NCBI GenBank assembly: GCA_965220505.1
Contig: CBDCQE010000001.1
Span: 1,519,144-1,583,143, forward strand
Length of the DNA stretch: 64,000 nt
Reading direction: 5' to 3'
DNA from: Dehalococcoidia bacterium
GTDB lineage: Bacteria > Chloroflexota > Dehalococcoidia > Lucifugimonadales > UBA3495
Part shown: piece after piece, positions 47,825 through 57,032 of the stretch
Layout of the letters: the number at the start of each line of letters is the position of its first letter
Position numbering within the stretch: position 1 is the stretch's first letter
Position numbers and translations under genes: made by a program
Notes under the pieces: model-generated
The model's database searches: none
What the model was told of the DNA's origin: nothing
The model's input: the letters and a program-made list of their open reading frames with translations, nothing else

Positions 47825-48124
47825 TCAGGCGGGCTCAAGCCAGTGCTGGTACACGTCGACCAGCAGGGTGTCCGCCGGATTGCCAGCGTAGTCGGACCAG
47901 AGGTCGGTCTGACGCAGGCGAATGCGATAGAGAGGTTGACGCGGCAGGCCATCACCGCCGTGGGCCAGCGATTCGGGGTTCGGGTAAACCCCGCAGAGAG
48001 CATCAACGGTGCCGGTGTGCCCCTGGATGTAGGCCGGCGTACGGAAATGGTGCGCCGGGTATCCGACACGAACACGAACGGAGGCGCCGTCGGGGTAGTG
48101 GACTGATTCGGCGGGGGTGGTCAT
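47825..48124 (-). CDS. Nitrile hydratase beta C-terminal half (SH3-like; ScnA-like)
   Basis: VRVR...P.HHFRTPAYIQG.TGTV, PESLAHG, LYRIR....LW, VDVYQHWLEPA. Confidence 0.88.
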   Translation of the reverse strand: MTTPAESVHYPDGASVRVRVGYPAHHFRTPAYIQGHTGTVDALCGVYPNPESLAHGGDGLPRQPLYRIRLRQTDLWSDYAGNPADTLLVDVYQHWLEPA

Positions 48125-48150
48125 CGTTGATCCAGTGAATTAGGATTGCG

Positions 48151-48576
48151 CTATTGAAAGCGCTGTTGCAGTATAACGCTCAGTTGGGATGGCGTGACAA
48201 TCGGGATTTCAGATTCGTCCTTCAGCACCAAGAGATCGTCATCCCGAGTAACCAGATAGTCTGCTCCTGCTTGGTAGGCGAGAACCAGGAACATCTGGTC
48301 GTTGGGGTCGCGGCATTGCGGCGTTTCCGGTGGCGTGTCGGGTACTACAATCCTTTCACAGTAATCTAGGTAGGCGGCAGCGACGTTTAGTATCTGGTCT
48401 TCCTCGATCTCGAACCTGTGGCTGTGCAGGGTTCGGATTAATTCTGCCTCAGTCTCATCGCTGACGAGCGGCACAATGCGTTGCTGTTCCCACGCATCAC
48501 GAAGCCATATGTCGTTGCTGCCTGACCTGGTAATTGGCATCAACACCGCATTGGTGTCCAACACCGGCCGTATCAT
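48151..48576 (-). CDS. PIN-family putative toxin (TIGR00305-like)
   Basis: VLDTNAV, CRDPNDQMFL.LA....ADYLVTRDDDLL. Confidence 0.88.
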   Translation of the reverse strand: MIRPVLDTNAVLMPITRSGSNDIWLRDAWEQQRIVPLVSDETEAELIRTLHSHRFEIEEDQILNVAAAYLDYCERIVVPDTPPETPQCRDPNDQMFLVLAYQAGADYLVTRDDDLLVLKDESEIPIVTPSQLSVILQQRFQ

Positions 48577-49676
48577 TGACTGCTTCTTTTCGCCCGGGCT
48601 TCCGCTATGGCAGCGCGAATATCCTCCTCGGTTAGTTCCAAGGCTTGAAGCCGTCGCAAAGCCGCTTTGACCAGTTCCGGATCGCTCCGGCGCGTCCTGT
48701 TGGAGTTTCTGAACGCTATGATGTCGCCCAAGTCGTTGGCGTTACTGCTGCGCAGCGTCTTGCCGAAGCTGTTGCGGAGAACTTGCCACGTTTGCGCCGG
48801 CGGGAAGTTTTCCTGGTGCAGAACTAAAACCGCGTCAAATACCCTGAGATCGGGCAGGGTGATTGCCTCCCAATCCGGCGCATACAGAAATTCCCGGTTG
48901 TGCAGCGCGAGGCAGTATCTGGCCCCATTCAGCGCCCCGAGCTTGCTCGCCTTGCTGCCGTGGCTTACGGCGGCGTTGAGCGCCATTTGGAGCACGTCGG
49001 GACCGTCGGGTACTTGAGGCAGCGGCGCGGTCAGCTCCGCCAACTGCTCACGGATGCTCTTGCGCTCTTTGGGGTGTCCGACGGTGAGGTGCGAACCCTC
49101 GGCGTCGATGCGCAGTTCGGTGAGCTCGAAGGCCCATTCTCTGCCATCCACCGTAGCCCGGTAGTCGATGGGATCGTTTATGTCCGCACGGTCCCACGCG
49201 ACGTTGACGGTCAAACCCTGCTGAGTAAGGAAAGCAACTGCTTTCCGCATGAGGTCATATTCAGCAAGTTCTTGAGGCGTCATGGCATCGAGCTTAATGA
49301 CGGCGCGGGTTCTTTCCGCCACCAGGTCGGCGATGGGTATCGCTGCCTCCCGCAGGGTTTGCGCTACGGCGATGGGATCGGTTACCTCGCTCCAAACGAC
49401 GATGGGCGTGCGGGAGTGGGCAAACTCAGGCTCGCGGCTTTTGATGTACTGCCCCACGTCCTTCATCAGCAGTGCCCAGCCGTAAGTTCGGCTTTTCTCC
49501 TGTTGGTGGGTTTCGCCAGCCTTGAACTCATCCCTGGCCTGTTGGAGCGCGCTGAAAGCATCGCACCCATGCCCCGGTGTTGGCACAGTGCTGGCGACAA
49601 TTTCCGCCGCCCGGCCGATTACCGCTGCGGCGAAGTTGGCGTTGATGGCTGGGGTGTTGCCTCTTGTAGTGGCCAT
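48573..49676 (-). CDS. Hypothetical protein coupled to the PIN gene; antitoxin-like C-terminal helix
   Basis: ATGA overlap; DPIDY....DG..WAFELTE; ends LTEEDIRAAIAEARA. Confidence 0.65.
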   Translation of the reverse strand: MATTRGNTPAINANFAAAVIGRAAEIVASTVPTPGHGCDAFSALQQARDEFKAGETHQQEKSRTYGWALLMKDVGQYIKSREPEFAHSRTPIVVWSEVTDPIAVAQTLREAAIPIADLVAERTRAVIKLDAMTPQELAEYDLMRKAVAFLTQQGLTVNVAWDRADINDPIDYRATVDGREWAFELTELRIDAEGSHLTVGHPKERKSIREQLAELTAPLPQVPDGPDVLQMALNAAVSHGSKASKLGALNGARYCLALHNREFLYAPDWEAITLPDLRVFDAVLVLHQENFPPAQTWQVLRNSFGKTLRSSNANDLGDIIAFRNSNRTRRSDPELVKAALRRLQALELTEEDIRAAIAEARAKRSSQ

Positions 49677-49767
49677 GGCACTTCTTCGCGAACGTGCGCT
49701 TGCGGGCTTTGCGCTCGTATCCCATTTGTTACTGGGAGGAGTGCGGATTGTCGACGAAACATCTTTC

Positions 49768-49959
49768 TTATTTGGGCGCCACGAACAGCAAAATCGCCAG
49801 CCCGGAAGCTAACGGTATTACACCGACGACTATAGTCAAAATGGTACCCAAGACATTGTCCCATTCATCAAACATGGCCTTGGACACCAGCCCAAACAAG
49901 CCAATGCAAACGATCAACAGTCCGACCGCTGTCAGTGTATATCCTACGATGCCAAGCAT
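49768..49959 (-). CDS. Small two-helix membrane protein
   Basis: 63 aa with two hydrophobic segments; GAGG RBS; starts 8 bp after the upstream stop. Confidence 0.5.
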   Translation of the reverse strand: MLGIVGYTLTAVGLLIVCIGLFGLVSKAMFDEWDNVLGTILTIVVGVIPLASGLAILLFVAPK

Positions 49960-49967
49960 GCCTGCCT

Positions 49968-50288
49968 CTACAACCCCCGCTCCCGCAACTCGGCGGCTTT
50001 GGCATCGATTTCTTCCGCCGTCAGTATCCCCTTTTCAATCAGCAGGATCTCCAGCGCGGCGGTCCACTTTTCGTAATAGGACAACTCCTCGTAGCGTTCC
50101 GGCGGCAGGCTCTCGATGGCGCGGCGCATCTCGTCGGTGGTGCGGATGCCCTGCGCTCCCAGCACCTGGTGGACGGCGTCGACCCGCCGCTCCCAGTCAG
50201 AATATTCGTGCTCGCTGCGGTCGATGGGGGTGTCGTCGGGCCAGCCTCCCCGGTCGTGTGCTGCGGGCTTGGACCTGTCATCAGCCAT
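49968..50288 (-). CDS. Nitrile hydratase beta N-terminal half (ScnB-like)
   Basis: HDRGG, WERRV, DEMRRAIE.L....Y...SYYEKW..AL..LLIEKG. Confidence 0.88.
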   Translation of the reverse strand: MADDRSKPAAHDRGGWPDDTPIDRSEHEYSDWERRVDAVHQVLGAQGIRTTDEMRRAIESLPPERYEELSYYEKWTAALEILLIEKGILTAEEIDAKAAELRERGL

Positions 50289-50290
50289 TG

Positions 50291-51109
50291 CTACGCTCCG
50301 TTTTCCCACATGTCGGCTACGTCCACGGCGCGCATGAAGCGAACGCCGGGGAAGGTCTTGATGTACTCGATCAGTCGCTCCAGCATGAGCAGGCGGCCGG
50401 GTCGCCCGATGTACTGCGGGTGCATTGTCAGGTTGAAGCAGCGGCCGTAACGGTAGATCCCACGGAACTCCGCCGCCCAGCTTTCAAACACCTCATCGGG
50501 GTTGCGCATCGGGCCCAACCGGTTGGCTGACGGAGCGTAGGCGAAGTGCGGCGCATCATCGAGAAGCCAGTGGATGGGCAGTTCAACTAAGTCGCGGGGC
50601 GGGTCGCCGCCCTGCACCAGGTAAGGCGCGTCGTCGCCCATCAGGCTGCTGTCGTACTGGAAGTTGTGCTTGGCCAGGAGGTCCAAGGACACGGGACTGA
50701 GTTCCCAGCTTGGCGAACGATAGCCGACGGGCGCCACGCCCGTGAGGTCACCCAAGATGCCGATGCCCTTGATCAACACCTCCTCCTCTTTTTCGGGAGA
50801 CATGGTGGCCGGGGGTTCGTGGATGTAGCCGTGGTGCGCCACCTCGTGACCCCGACCGGCGATCTCGCGCACGAGGTCGGGATGTGTTTCGGCCACGTAT
50901 CCGGGGATGTAAAAGCTGCCCGGGATGCCCTGGGCGTCCAGCATGTCCAGGATGCGCGGCGTGGCGACGCTGGGGCCGTATTCCGCCATGGACAGCAGGC
51001 TGGGATAGTTGATGAAATCGGGGTTCCGATTCAGCCAGGAGGTGATGCCGTCCACGTCAAATGTGATGAGGGCAACACAGCGGATGTCCTCGGGCCAGAT
51101 GCCAGACAT
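50291..51109 (-). CDS. Polysaccharide deacetylase family (CE4, PgdA/PuuE-like)
   Basis: ITFDVD, EYG, HEVAHHGYIHE, GYRSP, YDSS, LTMHP..IGRP. Confidence 0.9.
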   Translation of the reverse strand: MSGIWPEDIRCVALITFDVDGITSWLNRNPDFINYPSLLSMAEYGPSVATPRILDMLDAQGIPGSFYIPGYVAETHPDLVREIAGRGHEVAHHGYIHEPPATMSPEKEEEVLIKGIGILGDLTGVAPVGYRSPSWELSPVSLDLLAKHNFQYDSSLMGDDAPYLVQGGDPPRDLVELPIHWLLDDAPHFAYAPSANRLGPMRNPDEVFESWAAEFRGIYRYGRCFNLTMHPQYIGRPGRLLMLERLIEYIKTFPGVRFMRAVDVADMWENGA

Positions 51110-51131
51110 TGGAAACCTCCTATGCGGGATA

Positions 51132-51437
51132 CTATCGGTCTACCAGCCGACCGTCGCTGAGAAAGTCTGCCACTGCCTCGGCGCGCGCCTCAGGGGACAA
51201 TACCGAAATTTGATCGGCTTGGTAATCGGCAAGTTTGACGCGAATGGCGTCCTTGACACGCAGAATAGCTTCCTCGGGAGTTCGCCCGTCCATTGCGGTA
51301 TCAATGTCCGGACAAAACGCTGAATATCGCCAACCGCCGTCGAAATCCGCGTCATCGCAACAGGACACCAGGATTTCATAAACCTCGCCGGACATATTCC
51401 CAGTCGTAGTCTGATCAGTGTCGCGAGCTGATGTCAT
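51132..51437 (-). CDS. Orphan HicB-like protein
   Basis: YSAFCPDI....DGRTPEEAI.RVKDAI; no hicA adjacent. Confidence 0.6.
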   Translation of the reverse strand: MTSARDTDQTTTGNMSGEVYEILVSCCDDADFDGGWRYSAFCPDIDTAMDGRTPEEAILRVKDAIRVKLADYQADQISVLSPEARAEAVADFLSDGRLVDR

Positions 51438-51477
51438 GAGTTTGCCTCACAGTGCGACTAAGTGGAGATAAATATCT

Positions 51478-52758
51478 TCACGGCGCCGGGATGACGTCAA
51501 AACCGGTGTAGGGGCGCAGGACCTCTGGGATCACCACGGAGCCGTCGGGCTGCTGGTTGTTCTCCAGGATGGCGATGATCACTCGGGGCAGGGCCAGGCC
51601 AGAGCCATTGAGCGTGTGGACAAATCGCGGACGCTCGCCGACGCCCGGCCGGTAACGCACGTTGGCGCGGCGGGCCTGGAAGTCGGTGCAGTTGGAGCAG
51701 GACGACACTTCCAACCACTCCTGCGATCCGGCGGCCCAGACCTCGATGTCGTAGGACTTGGCGGACGGGAAGGAGATGTCGCCGGCGCACAACTGCAGGA
51801 TGCGGTAGGGAAGATCCAAACGCTGGCACACCGCCTCCGCGTTGGCAAGCAAAGTTTCCAGCTCATCGAAGGACGTGTCCGGCTCGACGAATTTGTACAT
51901 CTCCACCTTGTTGAACTGGTGGACGCGCTTGATGCCTCTGGTGTCCCGCCCGGCGGCGGCCTTCTCGCGGCGGAAGCAGGGGGTGTGCGCCACATAGTAC
52001 AGGGGCAGGTCTTCGCCGGACAGAATTTCGTCCCGGTGCAGGTTGGTGACCGGTACCTCCGCGGTGGGGATCAGCCACAGGTCGTCCTCATCGTCATGGT
52101 AGAGGTTATCGGCGAACAGGGGCAGGTTGCCGGAGCCCTCCATGGTCTCACGGCGAACCAGGATGGGCAGCGCGACCTCGGTGTAGCCGTGCTCGCTGCT
52201 ATGGAGGTCCAGCATCCAGGAGATTATGGCCCGCTCCAGACGCGCCCCGTAGCCGTTCAGGGTGTAGAAGCGACTGCCCGATAACTTGACGCCACGCTGG
52301 AAGTCGATGATGCCCAGGTTCTCCGCCAAGTCCCAATGGGGCTGGGCGTCGAAATCCAGGGTGGTCGGCTCGCCCCAGTGGCGCAGCACAACGTTGCCGG
52401 TCTCGTCCACACCTTCGGGGGTGCTGGCGTGGGGCAGGTTGGGAAGAGCCATCATGGCGTCATTGATGCGGGTGTCCAGGTCGCGGACGAGGTCTTCGAG
52501 CTCACTGATGCGGCGGCCGACATCTCGCATCTCGGCCACGATGGCCTCATCCGGCTGGCCGCCCTGGGAGCGGGACTGACCGATCTCACGGGACACGGCG
52601 TTGCGGCGCGCGCGGAGTTCGTCGCCGTCGGTGATGGCGGTGCGCCGCCGGGAGTCCATGGCGAGGATCTCGTCCAGGCAGTCCTCGTCTTCCGCGCGGC
52701 GGACCAGGGCAGCGCGCACGGTGTCGGTATCGTTACGGATTTGTTCGAGGGAAAGCAT
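51478..52758 (-). CDS. serS: Serine--tRNA ligase
   Basis: LIPTAEVP, CFRREK..AGRDTRGIKRVHQF, EVSSCSNCTDFQARR, HTLNGSGLA. Confidence 0.97.
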   Translation of the reverse strand: MLSLEQIRNDTDTVRAALVRRAEDEDCLDEILAMDSRRRTAITDGDELRARRNAVSREIGQSRSQGGQPDEAIVAEMRDVGRRISELEDLVRDLDTRINDAMMALPNLPHASTPEGVDETGNVVLRHWGEPTTLDFDAQPHWDLAENLGIIDFQRGVKLSGSRFYTLNGYGARLERAIISWMLDLHSSEHGYTEVALPILVRRETMEGSGNLPLFADNLYHDDEDDLWLIPTAEVPVTNLHRDEILSGEDLPLYYVAHTPCFRREKAAAGRDTRGIKRVHQFNKVEMYKFVEPDTSFDELETLLANAEAVCQRLDLPYRILQLCAGDISFPSAKSYDIEVWAAGSQEWLEVSSCSNCTDFQARRANVRYRPGVGERPRFVHTLNGSGLALPRVIIAILENNQQPDGSVVIPEVLRPYTGFDVIPAP

Positions 52759-52770
52759 AAGCAGATCTAG

Positions 52771-53478
52771 TTACGCCAGGTCAAAGATGAGTTCTCCGAC
52801 GGCGAAGGTGAAACCAGCCAGGATGTTCTCGCCGTCCAGCGTCTTCGGGTCTTGCAGTAGATCCGGCTCAACGACGCCGGCGCGATAGATGCGCACCGTG
52901 CGTTCGATGGGATCGATAAGCCAACCCAGCTGGGCGCCATTCTCCATATACTCCTGCATTTTGGCGAGCAACGGCCCTAGTGATCGCTGGGAAGTAGAAC
53001 GGACTTCGACTACAAAATGGGGGCAATAGGGCCGTGCTCGAGGCGGATCCGGCGAAGGCGGTAAGACTTGTTCCCGCGGCGCCCACGCGGCATCAGGGCT
53101 GCGGATAGCCCCATTTGCGAGGCGGTAAGCGCTGGTCGGCCCGGTTGCCGTGCCCGGGCGACCGGCTGTGGTATTCCAGACGTACAACGCCCCGAAGGAT
53201 TCTCCTTCGTGTTCGTCGGACGGCGGGTAAGTGGGCGGCATCAGTTCCAACTCCCCCATGGAATTCAATTCCATTCCCCAATGATATTCCTGATTAGCCA
53301 AGACGAGGGCCCAATACCATTCCTCGCAGGCATCGGAGCCGGCCGCTATCACGGCTTCGGGCAACCGCAGAGTGATGGGCAACAGCTCAAGCAAATCAGT
53401 CGCATCGAACGCGGGCCAGGAGAGATGTTGCACGCTGGGTTGGGTTTCGGGGATAACCGTCGTCATCGTGATCACCAT
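52771..53478 (-). CDS. Uma2 family (DUF820) endonuclease-fold protein
   Basis: RSPDAAW, CPHFVVEVRS, KMQEYMENGAQLGWLIDP. Confidence 0.9.
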   Translation of the reverse strand: MVITMTTVIPETQPSVQHLSWPAFDATDLLELLPITLRLPEAVIAAGSDACEEWYWALVLANQEYHWGMELNSMGELELMPPTYPPSDEHEGESFGALYVWNTTAGRPGTATGPTSAYRLANGAIRSPDAAWAPREQVLPPSPDPPRARPYCPHFVVEVRSTSQRSLGPLLAKMQEYMENGAQLGWLIDPIERTVRIYRAGVVEPDLLQDPKTLDGENILAGFTFAVGELIFDLA

Positions 53479-53480
53479 AT

Positions 53481-55028
53481 CTAGTTATCGCCGTGATCTT
53501 CCCTGGATAGCGAGCGCATCTGCGGAAATAGTAGCACATCGCGGATGGTGGACTGCCCGGTGAGCAGCATAACGAGGCGGTCGATGCCGATGCCAAGTCC
53601 CCCGGTGGGCGGCATGCCGTACTCCAGGGCGGTCAGGAAATCGTCGTCCGTGCGGTCGGCCTCGTCATCGTCGTAGGCGTCGCGCTGGTGTTCCTGGGCG
53701 GCGAAACGGGCGCGCTGGACCTCGGGGTCGTTGAGCTCGGTGTAGGAGTTGGCGATCTCCATGCCGGCGGCGAAGGCCTCGAAGCGCTCGACGTATCCCG
53801 CCTTGTCGGGATGGCCCTTGGCCAGGGGCGACATATCCTCCGGGTAATCGATCAGGAATGAAGGCTGCACCAGGTTGGGCTCAACGTACACGGACAACAT
53901 CTTATCGATGAGGCGGCCGCGGGCCTCCCGGGGACCAGGTTGCAGGCCCAGTTCGGCGCACTTGCCGGTCAACGATTCCGCATCAGGGTAGTCCTCGATG
54001 TCCACGCCGCTGCGACGCTGCAACTCCTCGCGCAGTGACAGCCTTGGCCAGGGTGGGGTGAAGTCGATGATGTCGTCGCCCATGGCGACCTGCATCGAAC
54101 CATGTACGTCCTGGGCCAACGATGAAACCAGCGATTCCACCATCCCCATGACGGCGTTGTAGTCAGCGTAGGCCTCGTAGGACTCCAGCAGGGTGAACTC
54201 GGGGTTGTGGTCCTGGTCGATGCCCTCGTTGCGGAACACTCGGCCGATCTCATAAACCTTGTCAAGCCCACCCACGATGAGACGCTTGAGGTACAGCTCG
54301 GTGGCGATCCGAAGGTACAGTTGCTCGTCCAGGGCGTTGTGGTGGGTAATGAACGGGCGGGCATGGGCGCCAGCCGGAATCGGCACCAGGATTGGTGTGT
54401 CCACCTCGACGAAGCCCCGGCCGTCCAGGAACCGACGGATGCCGCCGATGATCAGGCTGCGCTGGACGAAGGTGTCGGCGACCTCGGGGTTGGCGATAAG
54501 GTCAAGGTAACGCTGGCGGTAACGAGTTTCGACGTCCCGCAGGCCGTGCCATTTCTCGGGCAGCGGCCGCATGCCCTTGGCCAGGATGGTCAGGGAACGG
54601 GCCTCGATGGTGGGCTGACCCGTGCGGGTGCGGATCATGTCGCCGTTGACGCCGAGGAAATCGCCGAGATCGAGGTCCTGCAGCACCGCGTACTCGTCAC
54701 CCAGCACATTCTGGCGGAGCATGGCCTGCAACATTCCCGACGAATCGCGCAGGTCCAGGAACGCCGCGCGACCCATGACGCGCATGGACACGATGCGCCC
54801 GGCGACGCTGATTCCGTTGGCGTTCTCCGGAGATTCTTCCGTCTCGGCAGCCTCGAAAAGCTTGATCGCCTCGTCGGTGGTGCAACTGCGTTGGAACCGC
54901 GGCGGATACGGGTCGACGCCACGTTCCCTGATTCGTTGCAACTTGGCGCGGCGGCTCTCCAGGTTGGCCTGGAGGCTGCCGAGGTTTTCGGAGGCAAGGT
55001 CCTTGTCGGTTTCGGGCGACTGGTTCAT
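53481..55028 (-). CDS. lysS: Lysine--tRNA ligase (class II)
   Basis: RYRQRYLDL, LYLRIATELYLKRL.VGG, FRNEG...HNPEFT, YGMPPTGG.GIGIDR. Confidence 0.97.
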   Translation of the reverse strand: MNQSPETDKDLASENLGSLQANLESRRAKLQRIRERGVDPYPPRFQRSCTTDEAIKLFEAAETEESPENANGISVAGRIVSMRVMGRAAFLDLRDSSGMLQAMLRQNVLGDEYAVLQDLDLGDFLGVNGDMIRTRTGQPTIEARSLTILAKGMRPLPEKWHGLRDVETRYRQRYLDLIANPEVADTFVQRSLIIGGIRRFLDGRGFVEVDTPILVPIPAGAHARPFITHHNALDEQLYLRIATELYLKRLIVGGLDKVYEIGRVFRNEGIDQDHNPEFTLLESYEAYADYNAVMGMVESLVSSLAQDVHGSMQVAMGDDIIDFTPPWPRLSLREELQRRSGVDIEDYPDAESLTGKCAELGLQPGPREARGRLIDKMLSVYVEPNLVQPSFLIDYPEDMSPLAKGHPDKAGYVERFEAFAAGMEIANSYTELNDPEVQRARFAAQEHQRDAYDDDEADRTDDDFLTALEYGMPPTGGLGIGIDRLVMLLTGQSTIRDVLLFPQMRSLSREDHGDN

Positions 55029-55088
55029 AGCAGTTGGGCGGGAAAGGCAGCGGCGGCATTGACAGCAACGACACCGTCAGTAAAGCTT

Positions 55089-55245
55089 GCTGGTTCTGGT
55101 TATTGATGGTCTGTGATGCTGAACGATCGAAAGACCCGAAGGCGGACGCTGGGGTCGCCGTCTGCCTAGCCGGTACCGGTGAGACCGAAACCCGCACCGG
55201 AGCCAGCGAGGGCCATACAACAAACCGGGGAGAGGCCGGACCAGC
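55089..55245. ncRNA. Candidate structured RNA of unknown family
   Basis: Nested complementarity: 55089-94/55240-45, 55098-111/55211-226, 55118-21/55204-07, inner stems 55140-48/55159-67 and 55176-81/55195-200. Confidence 0.35.
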
Positions 55246-55426
55246 CTGCTCCCTTATCGCCAAATTGTATGTCTGCCGGCTGTGCTTGTAAAGCGAAACC
55301 GGGACAACTTTGCGATGGCGCGCGACGACAACCACCAAGACGAACGTTTAAAATCCAAAGAAATTCAGCCGAGCCATAGTCGGCCACCATCGCCATACAG
55401 CCAGGGAAACATTCAAGTGAGGTGAA

Positions 55427-55972
55427 TTGATGATCCAGAGAATGATCGGAGCGGCGCTGTTCAACGCAGAAACCTACGAGGAAATCGAAGCAGATCCGGG
55501 AGCAATAGGGCAGGCCATACTGGTAGTGCTGCTGGTGACCCTCTGCGGCGCCGTCGGCGGAATCATCGGCGGTCTGTTGGGCGACGCCTCTGCGCTGAGG
55601 ATCTTGCTGGGTGTGATCGCCGGCCTTGTGTTCGGCATCGTGCGCTGGGCGATATGGGTATCGGTGCTGAGCCTGGTAGGCGGGATGATGCTTCGCACGG
55701 GAAGCACGCACACCAGTTGGGCAGAGATCGGCCGCGTAGTGGGGTTCGCGTATACGCCGGGCGTCCTTTCCATATTCAGCTTCGTGCCGTTTATCGGCTG
55801 GATGTTCCCGGTGGTCGCCTGGGTATGGACGTTGGCCGCGGTGACAATGGCAGTCCGGCAGGCCCTGGATTTCGAATCGACCGGTCGCGCGATAGCCGTC
55901 GTGCTGCTCGCCGCCGTGATCGGTTTCATCCCGTGGATCATCATCGTGATCGTCCAGGCTGCGCTGCTGTAG
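55427..55972 (+). CDS. YIP1-family membrane protein
   Basis: RMIGAALF..ETYEEIEAD..A..QA, R.VGFAY.PG, AVRQALD..ST.RA; GAGG RBS. Confidence 0.75.
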   Translation: MMIQRMIGAALFNAETYEEIEADPGAIGQAILVVLLVTLCGAVGGIIGGLLGDASALRILLGVIAGLVFGIVRWAIWVSVLSLVGGMMLRTGSTHTSWAEIGRVVGFAYTPGVLSIFSFVPFIGWMFPVVAWVWTLAAVTMAVRQALDFESTGRAIAVVLLAAVIGFIPWIIIVIVQAALL

Positions 55973-56019
55973 GGTAACTGCGGACAAGCCCTCCCTCTCC
56001 GGGAAATTGTCGGGCCGGC

Positions 56020-56042
56020 CATCCAGTGGTCGGCCCGCTTTC
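56020..56042 (+). terminator. 3' arm and T-tract of a terminator-like hairpin (about 56010-56042)
   Basis: CGGGCCGGCCA-TCCAG-TGGTCGGCCCG then CTTT. Confidence 0.45.
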
Positions 56043-56213
56043 CAGGTGCACGCGGTCAGGCACGCGTTCGATTCGGAGTCTGAGTTGCGGGCAAGTATTT
56101 TTGTGGTCGCGATCTGGGCATTGCAAAGCACACTGGGTTACGTCTTATAGTTCGCTCCCGTTTGTTGTAATCTTGCGTCCGAGCACAACTCCAAACAAAC
56201 GGTGGGATACGCC

Positions 56214-56948
56214 ATGCGTGACAAATGGGCAATTCGCGAATCGGTTTGGACCGCGCTGGAGACGGCCCGCGTGGTCCGCGGCAGGTCGGTGCACGATAGA
56301 ATTCCTAATTTCATCGGCAGCGAGCAGGCGGCGGTCCTGGCGTCGGAGCTACCCGAATGGGTCGCTGCTTGGGCCATCAAGAGCAACCCCGACCAGGCCC
56401 AACGACCGTTGCGGCGCCTCGCCCTGGAACAAGGGAAATTGCTCTACATGGCAGTGCCCAGGCTCAGGGAGGAGCGGGTGTTTATCGAGCTCGATCCGTC
56501 TCGACCCGAAATTGAGCCGTCGAAAGCGTCCACCATCTCGGGGGCTTTCAAGGTGGGCCGCCCGGTTTACGTGCATGAGATGCAGCCCATTGACCTGGTG
56601 ATTTCGGGGTCCGTGGCAGTCAACAGCCAGGGAGTGCGAATAGGGAAAGGAGGAGGATTCGCGGACTTGGAGTACGGCCTAGCGTCCGCGGCCGGCGTGG
56701 TCAAACCAGGAACACCCGTGATCAGCACGGTTCACCCCATGCAACTCTTGGACGAAGACCTGCCCTGGACGCAGCACGACGTTCCGCTGGACATCGTGGT
56801 AACCACTGAGGCGGTCATCCGATGCGACAACGACCACGAGCGGCTGCCGCGTCCCAAAGGCATTTACTGGGAGGACCTGAACGAGCGGAAAATCCGCTCC
56901 ATTCCGCTGCTGGTCAAGTTGCGGGAGGAGAGTCAGGCGACCGACTGA
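56214..56948 (+). CDS. 5-formyltetrahydrofolate cyclo-ligase family protein (MTHFSD-like)
   Basis: RIPNFIGSE.AA, KSNPD..Q, AVPRL, GSVAV...G.RIGKGGGFADLE, HDVPLD. Confidence 0.88.
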   Translation: MRDKWAIRESVWTALETARVVRGRSVHDRIPNFIGSEQAAVLASELPEWVAAWAIKSNPDQAQRPLRRLALEQGKLLYMAVPRLREERVFIELDPSRPEIEPSKASTISGAFKVGRPVYVHEMQPIDLVISGSVAVNSQGVRIGKGGGFADLEYGLASAAGVVKPGTPVISTVHPMQLLDEDLPWTQHDVPLDIVVTTEAVIRCDNDHERLPRPKGIYWEDLNERKIRSIPLLVKLREESQATD

Positions 56949-56976
56949 AATCCGTGATCAGAAACCGAAACGACAA

Positions 56977-56998
56977 GGGGCGGCCGGTTGGCCGCCCC
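56977..56998. terminator. Hairpin between convergent genes
   Basis: GGGGCGGCC-GGTT-GGCCGCCCC. Confidence 0.6.
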
Positions 56999-57032
56999 GG
57001 TGAGTCGGGCCTCGCTGGACCGACGACGAGGG

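Noticed and set aside
49968-50288. Reading this gene as a nitrile hydratase activator (P14K-like)
   Set aside because: It keeps the HDxGG, DExR and YYEKW motifs of the beta N-terminal half, and a separate beta C-terminal half is present
55110-55215. Partial resemblance to a c-di-AMP riboswitch (GCTGAA, GGGGT, CCCGCACC) or a T-box for lysS
   Set aside because: The CAGCUAAC and GGUGGUACC-type cores are missing; kept only as an unclassified structured element
55973-56213. Possible 6S RNA upstream of the 5-formyl-THF cyclo-ligase gene, by analogy with ssrS-ygfA
   Set aside because: Only a terminator-like hairpin and one short stem; no long rod; the ligase is the MTHFSD-like type
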